NCBI GenBank assembly: GCA_964019335.1
Contig: OZ025648.1
Span: forward strand, 310,001 to 374,000
Length of the DNA: 64,000 nucleotides
Direction: 5' to 3'
DNA from: Diplonema japonicum
Taxonomy: Eukaryota; Protista; Euglenozoa: Diplonemea
In this document: positions 1-9,691 of the stretch, in pieces
How positions within the stretch are numbered: the stretch's first letter is position 1
Layout of the letters: each line of letters starts with the position of its first letter
Program-made: the position numbers and the translations under genes
Notes under the pieces: model-generated
Database searches by the model: none
What the model saw: only the letters and a program-made list of their open reading frames with translations
What the model was told of the DNA's origin: nothing

Positions 1-955
1 ATAGGGCCAGGCCCTTTGACGACCACCCCATGTGCCCAGGCATCATCTCGTTATACATATTCAAGTTAACAGGAGGGTTCAGCACCCCACACACATGAAC
101 CAGCACATCAATGTCCTCAGCGGTAACCATAGTTTCTGTTTGTTCATGCTTCTGTTTGAGCCCCACCACAGCACGGCCTGCCATGACTGCGGATGTGAAC
201 TTTGCGTAGCCGTAGATTTTACCCGATGCCTGCGAAGGTGCGATCCATATCGCCTGCAGCCCAAGAGGGTCGGGCTTCCCGTCCTCGCTCACAGAGAAGT
301 TCTCGAAGATCTGCACCAAGTGGTGGCAAACACAATGCGCTGCCGTAATCTGCCCTTGGAAGTACACCCTGCTCCCAAACGGGTAGTTGTTGTGAAGAAG
401 CGGCTCGCTAGTCGGCGACCTGTCTGCGTAGTTCTCCCTGAAGTATCTGGGAAGCTCAGGCCCGTAGCGTGACTGCAGCAAGGCATTGTTAGACCACAGC
501 TTGTTGCGCCACGAGATGCGAAGGTTTGAACCACGTGGTGCGGCGTACTGCAGCATTGTGGTATGGTCCAGGCAGTTCTCCGATTCACGGGGGAGTTCCG
601 CAGCAACAGGTACAAAAAGCTGGCGATTAAGGTATGCCTGTTGTTGCTGCTGATGTTGCTGCTGGATGTAAGCGTTGACCTGGTGTTGGAATAGTGCCTG
701 CGGGGCAATCTCGCACAGTTCCTGCTGATCCTCGTCTTCCTCGTCGTCGATGCCGTCCATGAGGGGCGGCAGGAAGCCCTCGGGCGTCCTTTCGCTACCA
801 CCGGTCCACACTGCCGTGCACTTCTTTGTGCTGCTCCTAGGGGGCGTGAAGACCTCGCAGGCCCTCCTTACAAGGTCCATGTCCACATACCCGTGGTACC
901 CGTCGTTGAACTTGCACGGCGTGAGAGGAAGCGTCACCTGGGGAAGCAGTGCCAT
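1..955 (-). CDS. RRM-containing RNA-binding protein, 5' part (runs off the left edge)
   Basis: ATG at 955 after an A-rich leader. The frame MALLPQVTLPLTPCKF... stays open to base 1, so it is missing from the ORF track. It has a Q-rich stretch, then RNP2-like SRVYFQG and RNP1-like KIYGYAKF followed by a helix (SAVMAGRAVVGL). Confidence 0.7.
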   Translation of the reverse strand, partial: MALLPQVTLPLTPCKFNDGYHGYVDMDLVRRACEVFTPPRSSTKKCTAVWTGGSERTPEGFLPPLMDGIDDEEDEDQQELCEIAPQALFQHQVNAYIQQQHQQQQQAYLNRQLFVPVAAELPRESENCLDHTTMLQYAAPRGSNLRISWRNKLWSNNALLQSRYGPELPRYFRENYADRSPTSEPLLHNNYPFGSRVYFQGQITAAHCVCHHLVQIFENFSVSEDGKPDPLGLQAIWIAPSQASGKIYGYAKFTSAVMAGRAVVGLKQKHEQTETMVTAEDIDVLVHVCGVLNPPVNLNMYNEMMPGHMGWSSKGLAL

Positions 956-1094
956 TTTTGCTTTTGTGGATTTCTTTTTTTTTTTTTTTTTGTTCTTCGC
1001 TCTCCTTTTTTTTTTTTTTTTTTTGCTCGGAACAGAAAAAAAAAGGAAATAAATCTTCGAAAAAAAAACCCCCCACCCGACCTGTTCACCCCGT

Positions 1095-1768
1095 TCACCT
1101 CAAGGAAGCTTGGAAAATCTGCAACACCAACGCAAAAAATAACCCGAAAAGTACGGGCGAGTACGTCCACAGCGGGCTTTCGTCCTTTTTTTTAAAAAAA
1201 GGAATATTTTTATATTTTTTTTTATTTAAAAAGTGCATACTGCGATAACTTTTGCGCCGACCCAGGATGTTTCTTGAACCCCGCACGTCAGATGCATAGC
1301 GAAGTGGGTAGGGGTGACGGTGAAAACATGTTTGGAAAGCTTGCTTTTCTTACACGAGGCAAGCCCGCCAACAGAAGTGAGTGCTTCTTGACCAGCAGAC
1401 GGTGCGAGAGAGTAGGAAAAGTGAAACACTGTGCCATGCCCTGTTGTGCCTGCGTCCTCATCTTCATCGAAGTCATCAGGGTCTTGTTCTACTGCCTCCG
1501 TTTCATCTAGGTAAAAAGACACCGTCTTGTGCATGGTTAAAATTTCTAAGGTGTCACCCTCCTCGTTGCCTGTTACCTTCCCCCATACTGCGTCCGCGCC
1601 ACGGGTAAAACTGATTTTATTGGTGTGCGTAGAGCTGGGCTGAAACATGGTGACGATCCAGTCACCAATCAACATCTCTCCCATATCGCTCCCAAGACCC
1701 TCTTCCGAATTTGTGGCATGACCGCTGGTAATTATTAGCAATGTAATAATCAGAGAACTACGATTCAT
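1095..1768 (-). CDS. Signal-peptide plus C-terminal TM protein, 2 exons (intron 1185-1240)
   Basis: Signal peptide MNRSSLIITLLIITSGHA. A GTATGC...AAAG intron joins ...GAKVIA to DESPLWTYSPVLFGLFFALVLQIFQASLR* (hydrophobic anchor). Confidence 0.7.
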
Positions 1769-1836
1769 GTTTTTTTTTCTCCCCCCTTTTATGGTGTGCG
1801 GCGTTCAAGGGAATTAAAAAAATTTTTTTTATTTAA

Positions 1837-4030
1837 CCCTTAAACGCCCAACTGCTTCTGTAGAAGCAGTTAATAGGTGTGATTGTTCTGTGGTCATCTA
1901 GACCAAAGCCTCGGATCGGTTTTCATAAAAAAAAGTTGTCTCGATTTTAGTGGTGCCATGCAGTATGTGACACAGCGGCCACCCTTGTGAAACTTCGCCC
2001 CGAAGCCTCCCAAGTCCCCTGTGGTCCCGTAGAAAGTAAAAGTGGAGAGGTAAAGAAAGCTTGGAAATTGAAATAGGGAGAGGGGCCACAGAAGCAATTA
2101 AACACCAACTGGAGAGTTGTGGGAGGCTTGCTTCACTGGCACGATGCCGCGGGGAGGCTACTTGCCTGACCTGGTGAAGCCACCTCCTTGTTCGATGTAA
2201 TGGGATAAGGGACTCTCCGTTGAGGGCGATGCTAACTGGCGCCACGCGTAGGGTGGGCTCTCCACCCCCGTCCAGGTTTCCCCACGTGTACGGCTTTAGA
2301 ACGAGAGTTTCCCTTTCGCTTGTGTTTCTCCAAACCACAATTACCAGGAACCACCACAGGGAGGTTGGAAACATTGGTCCCCAAAAAAAGATGGAATGGA
2401 AAAGATATTGAAAATCTGCGTTAAATGCGCTATTTGTATCCATCTGAAACCTCATAACTTCATCCCAGAACGGGGTGCCGAGACACTGGGTGACACCAAA
2501 AATGGGCATTTTTCGGATTTTCATTCAGATTTTTCCATGATTTTCCCCCTCTTTTTTTTTTTTTTCCCGAGTCACTAGGCCTTATCAAAATCAACATGCC
2601 AGCACACAACGGGAGCAGTTCCCGTCGACCTGCAATGTTCATATGGGTTAAATCCACCTCTCTACCTCAATCCTCGTTTCTTTTTTATTTACCAGGACCG
2701 CGATGACGATGTAGTTATGGGTCCGGTTGGGATCCTACGAAACAGGTGGCCCACCTTTCTGGAGAAAGGATGGTTTTTTTGTAGTCGGGGATGCACTCGT
2801 TCTTCGTCGCGTCCCAGTGGCACCTCCCGCAGTTCGGCGGTTCAGAGGCTGGCAACGGTCCTGCGAGCACGCTGCTGCAGCGTTCCACGAGCAGCAATCG
2901 CAAGCCTTGCAGTCTGCCTGTGTCCTCGCCGCCGTTCTCGCGGTCCCAGGCGCAGTTCGCTCTTGCACGCCGCCGCGTCTGTCGTCACTGTGCACGTTGC
3001 GACCGGCTTGCACGCGGGCGTCCACCGCCGGGTCCCTCTGGGCAGTCTGCATTCGGCAACCACTTCTCCCGCACGAAGATCGCTCCACAGGGCTTCGGGT
3101 CGCATTTGGTCCCGTCCCACTTGCACAGGAGGTTCGGGTCGCTCGTGCAGGCCCTCTGGTCGATTGTCCCCATCGTCGTCGGGTTCGGTCCCAGCCCGGG
3201 GTACTTCGTGGTGTGCTTCGTGGTCACACGGGAAACGGATGGCCCTGGTGTGGAAACCGGCACTGGTGTGACGTTTGCAACCACCGATCCCAGACGGTGA
3301 CCAGCATAACGGAGCATGCATGGGTAAGGAACGTATTGAAAAGCAAGCAGAGTGAAGTGAGAAGGCCTCCCGTCTGCCACAGCCCACCACAGGATTATCC
3401 CAAGCGAAAGTAGTTCAAAGCAAAGGAATGTGCCGGGATGAACAATACCTCCTGAAATTGTGACCGTCGTGACGCCAGAGCAGCTGGAAAAAGGAAGAGA
3501 GCTCACCTCCAACCCCTGGGATGACCCCCCGGGTAAGCGGAAGTCCAGAAATGCTCAGCACGATGCGGAAGGTCAGCCTTCCCGGCCAACGCCAAACCGA
3601 GGGTGCATACCTCTGGCACCTTGGACACAGCTATGGCACGAGGTCTCTTCTCCTCGAACCAAATTGCCTCCCTGCCTTGCACAACTCCATGTAAATGTTT
3701 CTCGCCCAGATGCCGTCCATCTCATTGCGACAAACAGTCACCGCAGGCACCAGAACTGAACACCCCCATGCACACTGAGATTTTAGCGAGTTTCGCATGC
3801 ATGATTTCCAGGAAAAGCAAATGAACTCATGGCATCCGGTCGATGCACCTCCATGGGTCGAAAACACTAAATATTTAGTGGAATGAACGCAAATCTTTCA
3901 AATGCGTACCTCGAATCAAAAAATAACCTCAAGACTCAGCATGTTTGACCCAATGCCAACAAAGACCCAAATCGAAAAATTTCGAAAATCAATTACCCCC
4001 CCCCCCCCCCCCCCCCCGGGCGTCTAAGGG
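1837..4030. mobile_element. Non-autonomous piggyBac-like TIR element with captured cargo
   Basis: TTAA(1833-1836)+CCCTTAAACGCCC ... GGGCGTCTAAGGG+TTAA(4031-4034). 13-bp TIRs match 12/13, start with CCCT, and have a TTAA target duplication. No transposase is visible. Confidence 0.7.
2715..3300 (-). pseudogene. Degenerate Cys-rich (CxWD...C) surface-protein fragment inside the TIR element
   Basis: CTSDPNLLCKWDGTKCDPKPC, NCAWDRE and GRCHWDATKNEC lie in one frame broken by a stop at 2985-2987. Higher GC than the flanks, and no plausible start. Confidence 0.45.
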
Positions 4031-4229
4031 TTAACTCCATCAAAATTTTCGTGGGTGGGAGTGAAAATAAAAATTCACTTTATTTCACTCCTGACTTTAT
4101 TTTCACAGGAGTGAAAAAATTCTGATAGCGTTAAAATAAGAAATATTATTTCACTCCTGGGCCTAATTTAAGCAAAACCCTCCAAGAATTCCTACCAAGG
4201 TTCCTTTGGGATAGGCAAGAACCCGACTG

Positions 4230-4632
4230 CACAAGAGGCGGACGCAGCAGGGTTCACCCCCTTCCAAGAGCCATACGAAAAGGAGTGGGCACGCTTTTGT
4301 GTGTTTCATAATTATAGGAAGGAAAAGAAGGGCCCGTCCGAAAGAAGAGGATTCTATTCTCTATTTCAACGACATGAACAAGCAAGGCCTGCTGCCCGTT
4401 CAGTCCGGACGGCTTATAAGGCTAAACTCGGTTGTGAGGAGGAATTACAACAAGCAGTTGCAAGACCACCCCGACTAAAGGTCCTCAAGAGGTTCCAAGA
4501 AGGCGAGTCAACAAAAAAGGCGAACATCTTACCCAAGAGCAAATGACAGAATTCTTTAGCGAGGTATGGCATCGTCCGCCACGCTTATGCAGCGTTGATG
4601 TTCGCAGGAAACATGTGCACTACTGAGGCACA
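4230..4632 (+). pseudogene. Frameshifted tyrosine-recombinase (Crypton-like) N-terminal remnant
   Basis: Pieces across frames read YEKEWARFCVF..., EEDSILYFNDM, LKRFQEGESTKKANIL/TQEQMTEFF and AYAALMFAGNM(C)TTEA. This follows the core-binding domain, the 'KKxxxLTxE' linker and the box-I GxRxxE of eukaryotic YR transposases, with Arg replaced by TGC. Confidence 0.55.
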
Positions 4633-4709
4633 TATCCGACACCTGTTGTAATTGGTACCACCTGTACCTCCCACCCACTCAAATTTTGCTGTCGTTAAAT
4701 AAAATATCG

Positions 4710-4897
4710 TATTTGTGAATATAAGATTGATGATTTCACTTGTGGTGGCAGTTTTGACTCGTTAAACGTTATAACACTCGCTTCGCTCGTGATATAACCG
4801 TCATTACTTCACTCGCTTCGCTCGTGAAGTAATTACCTCACTCGTCAAAACCACTGCCACCACGCGTGAAATCATAGGATCTTATATTCACTAAATA
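4710..4897. repeat. T-shaped foldback: ~50-bp imperfect inverted arms enclosing two hairpins
   Basis: Left arm TATTTGTGAATATAAGATTGATGATTTCACTTGTGGTGGCAGTTTTGAC pairs with the right arm ending at 4897. Internal hairpins at 4768-4798 and 4803-4833 both contain CACTCGCTTCGCTCGTG. Confidence 0.85.
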
Positions 4898-5330
4898 AAT
4901 AGTTATTTAATAAAAAAAGAAAAAAAAAGAGGGGAAAGGAGGGAAGTGGAGAAAAAAAAAAAGAAGAGGGATACTCATTTTCCAGGGAAAAAAAAAAAGA
5001 GGGGGGGGAAAAAAACAGAGGAACGGAGGAAAGAAAAAAAAAAAAGGTTAAGGGCCAAGTGGATAAAAAGGGTGGGAAGGGGACAAAAAAAAAAGTGGAA
5101 AGATGGAGAAAAAAAAATCACTATGATGTTGAAGAGGGGGGGAGACCCCCCCCTCCTCCTCACCCAATAAAAAAAAGCAAGTAACTTGCATTGGCTCACA
5201 CTCGTTGCAGAAAATAAAAAAAAAGAAACTGGAAAATAAGGCCGTGCACTCCAAAAAAGAAAAAGGGGGTTTTGTTGCGTCAACAGGGGTTAAGACGAGG
5301 AATGGGTGGATGTTCCACAATCAGAAAGAA

Positions 5331-5378
<48 letters not shown>

Positions 5379-5435
5379 AACAACAAAAAACACCAATAAC
5401 GAAAAAATTCCAAAAAAAAAAAGCATTTTGTTTTC

Positions 5436-5466
<31 letters not shown>

Positions 5467-5765
5467 GCTTTTTTGTACACACGGATTAGAAAATAAGAAA
5501 TATTCAATCATCTTGGGGGGCGAATAAAGTATTTTTTTTTTTTTTTTTTCCCAACAAAAAAAAAAAGAAAAAGAAAAAATTGAGCGAAGCAAAAATCATT
5601 GGTGGAAAAACTGTTTTTTTTTTCTTCTTCCTTAACAGCTTTTCTGGGGAAAAAATATTTGTTTTAAAAAGAACGAGTCTCGGAGTGAAAGAAAAAAAAA
5701 AAAAGAAAGAGAAGGGGGACATGGGAAGGGGGAGGGTAAAAAAAATCCCAATTTTACTTCTCTTC

Positions 5766-8700
5766 CTACTGGTTCATCAGGTTGCGGAAACCGTTCTTGA
5801 TGGCCTCGTTAACAGCAGCGAAGTACTCGCAGGTGTTCTTCTGGATGTACCCCTGTGATGATTTTTTTTTTCCCCCCCAAATCTTCAAAAAAAAAAAAAA
5901 AAAAGTTCCAACAATTCTAAAGCTACAGTTTCTGTACTTTATTGGGGTGGGCGGGTCTGACACAAACGAAAATAAAAGAAAACAATTCCAGATACGGAAC
6001 ATCAGACCAAAGCGGCCACCTCCACAAGCCTGCCGGACGAGGACAGTCCCCTCTTTGAATTTTGTACAGGAAGAGGAAAAACCAGAGTCAAGGGAGGAGG
6101 AGAAAAAGCTGAGTTGGATCGCGGGTCTAGTACCGCGAAGGACAACGGATGCGCAGGGTCGGAAGCTAGAGGCCATCGGGGCGAAAGTCTAGAAGATACA
6201 AAAGATATCCGCCAGAGACGCCGCATTCCTGTTGTCCGTAGTCCACGATCCCCAGCATAAGGAAGAAGGAAAAATGGAAGATGAGGCAGGGAAGTTCCCG
6301 AAAAGAGTGAGAGGAGCACAGGGAGAAGCTAAGGAGATCGAAAGCCCCACCCTGTCCACTCCGAATCGCAAGAAGCCACTGTACCCCTGGCGATGATGAA
6401 CCTCCTCCAGGAGCACCAGCAGCAAATGGCGGCAGTGAAACACCAACTCTCGACGATGTTACTGCAACAGAAAGAAAGCCTGAGCTCATTCGGAGATGGT
6501 CACCCGCTCTGGCGAACGCCCAGAAGGAGATCGCGAAAGAGCAGGGAGGGGTGCAGAAAGAAAAAAAAAAAAAAAAAAAAAAAAAAACACAAACCTCTGA
6601 CAGCTTCGCGTCAGGCCCCTTCTCTTCCTTGATCTTCTGGATCCAGTGCGAGCGGGTGTTGGTGTCGTAGTTCTTCAACCTTTGGATTTTTTTTTTTTTT
6701 TTCTTTTTCTTTTTTTAAATCCTCCTTCACACCTGGAGAGACCAGTCTTCTCGGGCACAAGAGGCTGGGGCACCTCAGCCTCCTTGTTGGGCTCACCGTC
6801 ACCAGTCCAAAGGGTCTCGTTGAAAGTGTCGAGGATCGTGTTCCAGTGCACACCAGCACCGGCAGTGGCAACCGCCTTCTGCGCTTCGTCGTGGAAAGTG
6901 ACAATGCACTGCATCATCCAGATAGTCTTGTACAGAGGGCAGTACCTTTAAAAAAGTTTTTTTTGTTCCTTTTTTTCCCCCCCAAACCTGTCGTATGGTG
7001 TGTAGGCGTTCTGCTGGAGGAAGTGCGACTTGATGACCCTCCCGATGTCAATGGTGATCTTGTCCTCCTCACCAAGGGAGTCCTTCCCGACCAGCTGCAC
7101 GATCTCAGAAAGGTCCTCATCCTTCTGCAGCAGCGAGGCGATCGCCGTCTTGATGTTGATGAAGTTGGGCATCACCATAGCGTCCTTGTTGGCACCCTCC
7201 TCCTCAAGCACCTGCTTGTACTCAGTGATACCACCCTTCTTGTAGTAGGCCTCAAGGGCCTGTGTGTACTTGGAGTACGACAGACTCCAGTTAACAGAGG
7301 GGAAATGCTTACGCTGAGCAAGCTTCTTGTCAAGACCCCAGAAGACCTGCACGATACCAAGGGTCGCAGAGGTGACAGGGTCAGAGAAGTCACCACCGGG
7401 GGGGGACACACTATTTTTTTTTTTTTAAAAAAAGATTTTTTCTTCTTTTTTTTCTTTCTACATACGCTCCGACAACAGTAATGGTACCCTCACGCTCGGG
7501 GAGACCAAGGCACTTCACTCTCCCGGCACGCTGTTAATATTTATTTATATATATATATTTTTTTTTTGTTTTGTTTCAAACCTCGTAGAACGAAGCCAGA
7601 CGTGCACCGAGGTACGCGGGGTAACCACCGTCGGCAGGCATCTCAGCAAGACGACCGGAGATCTCACGAAGGGCCTCAGCCCAACGGGAGGTGGAGTCAG
7701 CCATCATGGCCACGTCAAGACCCATGTCACGCACGTACTCCGCAAGGGTGATACCTGTTTGTGTTTGCTTTTCCCCCCTTTTTCCTTTTCTTCAAAAACA
7801 CACCAGTGTAGATGGAGGCCTCTCTCGCCGCAACAGGCATGTTGGAGGTGTTGGCGATGAGCGCTGTCCTAAGCATGATGGAGTAGTCCTCGCCGTCCTT
7901 GGTGGTCTTCAAGGTGGGGAACTCCATGAGCACTTCAGCCATCTCGTTACCTCTCTCACCGCAGCCGACGTAGATAACAGCGTCGGAGTTGGAGTATTTA
8001 GAGATAGACTGGGAGATGACGGTTTTGCCGCACCCGAACGCGCCGGGAACGCAGCAGGTCCCGCCTTGGACAGATGCGAAGAGGGAGTCAAGCACACGCT
8101 GTCCGGTCTTCAAGGGTGCCTCGGCACGGAGCTTACCGTCGGTGGCGACGGGACGGGGGGAACGGACAGGCCACTTGTGAACCATAGTAAACTTCTTCTT
8201 CGTGTTGCTCTTGTCAAGAAGAACCTCAAGCACGAAGTCGTCGTTGGTGTACTCACCAGCACTGCTGATGGCAGTAATCTTACCACCGAACCCAATCTCA
8301 CCAGACGGGGGAGGGAACATAATCGCGTGCTTTGGGATAAGATCGTTCTCATATACGTAGCCGAACACGTCACCGTTGCTGATGGTGTCGCCCACCTTCA
8401 TGTGAGGGGTGAACTTGAAGGAGATGTCGTATCTCAGGGCAGGGAGGTCGAGACCTTTGGGGATGAACACATCTCCCACCAATTCAAAGATGGTCTTCAA
8501 AGGCCTCTGGATACCGTCGAAGATCTGTCCGAAAATACCGGGTCCGAGTTCTAGGGAGAGAGGCTTACCAGTTCTGATAATCACGTCACCCACGGAGAGC
8601 CCTGCGGTCTCCTCGTACACCTGGATGGTGGCCGTGTTCTCCTTCAGCCTGATGATCTCACCAATGAGCTTGTCCTTGCCCACCTTGACAAGCTCGTACA

Positions 8701-8812
8701 TCGCGGCACCAAGCATGTCATCACCCACGACCACGGGTCCGGACACACTTTTCACAACACCCGTTTCACCGACATCCTTGTGGGTCTCTGCGGTAGCCTT
8801 GCCCAATGACAT
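5766..8812 (-). CDS. ATP6V1A: V-type H+-ATPase catalytic subunit A, 7 exons
   Basis: Motifs VSGPVV, P-loop [54 protein letters not shown] and [16 protein letters not shown] introns at 7755-7803, 7531-7581, 7411-7465, 6946-6987, 6680-6732 and 5853-6594 restore a continuous frame ending ...GFRNLMNQ*. Confidence 0.96.
5905..6587 (+). pseudogene. Retrocopy of a trans-spliced, polyadenylated RNA, antisense inside V-ATPase A intron 6
   Basis: SL at the 5' end, ~615 nt of decayed coding-like sequence, and A27 at 6561-6587. The left flank is an A18 run. Removing the insert leaves a 59-nt intron like the others. Confidence 0.85.
5906..5944 (+). other. Spliced-leader (mini-exon) relic, diplonemid type
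   Basis: TTCCAACAATTCTAAAGCTACAGTTTCTGTACTTTATTG (39 nt) versus the Diplonema SL as I recall it, AACCAACGATTTAAAAGCTACAGTTTCTGTACTTTATTG; the last 26 nt are identical. It is followed by GGGTGG, not the GT donor of an SL RNA gene. Confidence 0.92.
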
Positions 8813-8858
8813 TTTTTTTTCTTTTTTTTTTTTTAATATCCTCCTGATGGGGGGGGAT

Positions 8859-8890
<32 letters not shown>

Positions 8891-8892
<2 letters not shown>

Positions 8893-9017
8893 AAAAGAAC
8901 CAAGTCTTTTTGACTTGTCTAAACAAAAAGGGGAACGTTGGTGTAGCCGTGTTTCGGGATTGACAAACTTCTCCAGGTTTTTACCCGGAACGTACAAACA
9001 ACGGCCAGTTACCTCTT
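8891..9017 (-). promoter_or_regulatory. Conserved ~120-bp upstream module, copy 1 (79 bp before the V-ATPase A ATG)
   Basis: Collinear, high similarity to 29433-29547, e.g. TTGACAAACTTCTCCAGGTTTT and ACGTACAAACAACGGCCAGTT. Regulatory function is inferred only. Confidence 0.6.
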
Positions 9018-9650
9018 ATCGTGGTTTCTTTTAGGTTTAAAAAAAATAAAGAAGGAGTACGAGAGATGTAGAAAGAAAAGAAGAATGTGGTTTTCTTTTT
9101 TTTGTGGTGGTGGGGGTGAAAAAAAAAAGGAGTAATGAAACATAAAAAAATATCTTTTCTATAATAAGGCTAAAAAAAACCCGGGGGGAGATAAAAATAA
9201 AATAAAAACACATCTCGGAGGGGAAATGGAAGAATTGAAAAAAAAATTGGAAAAAAAAAAAGAAAAAAAAAAACGCTTTTAAAAGCGTTTATTCCGCATT
9301 CAAACCTTTTTAGCCCTTTTTTCGTATTTTTTTTTGCCTCCCTCCTCTCCCTTCTACAAAATAATCTTTTTTTTTTTATTATTCTTTTTATTTTGATCTT
9401 ATCACCCCGTAGCACTCACTAGGAGCAGTTTCAGAATCTTTTCTTTGGGGAGGGGATGGTATTTCTCCAGTGAAAATAGATGCCCCGTACCACAAACATG
9501 TCACCATGCACCTTCAAAGTCATGAGGCACACGGTGACTCTTCAAACAACACAGAAAAAAGAAAGAAAACGAATAATATGTCGCAGATTTAGAGGTATGG
9601 CACGAAATCGCCCGTGAGTGACTCAAATGAACGAAAAAATAGAGTAAACA

Positions 9651-9691
<41 letters not shown>

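Noticed and set aside
4946-5722. Numerous poly-K/poly-F ORFs here and in other spacers, plus long + strand ORFs opposite real genes
   Set aside because: These are translations of A/T homopolymer tracts or antisense shadows of codon-biased genes.
5906-6050. Functional SL RNA gene
   Set aside because: The exon is followed by GGGTGG instead of the GT donor, there is no downstream T-run terminator, it is a single copy, and it ends in poly(A) 620 nt later.
6385-6395. CCCTGGCGATG resembling the start of the trypanosome ingi/RIME 5' signature
   Set aside because: Similarity stops after 11 nt and the HDV-like ribozyme helices cannot be built.
6393-6483. C/D snoRNA (ATGATGA...CTGA)
   Set aside because: It is antisense to the host intron, lies inside the retrocopy's coding-like frame, and has no terminal stem or recognisable guide.
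7950-7975. VMA1-type intein in V-ATPase A
   Set aside because: The insertion site [11 protein letters not shown] is uninterrupted.
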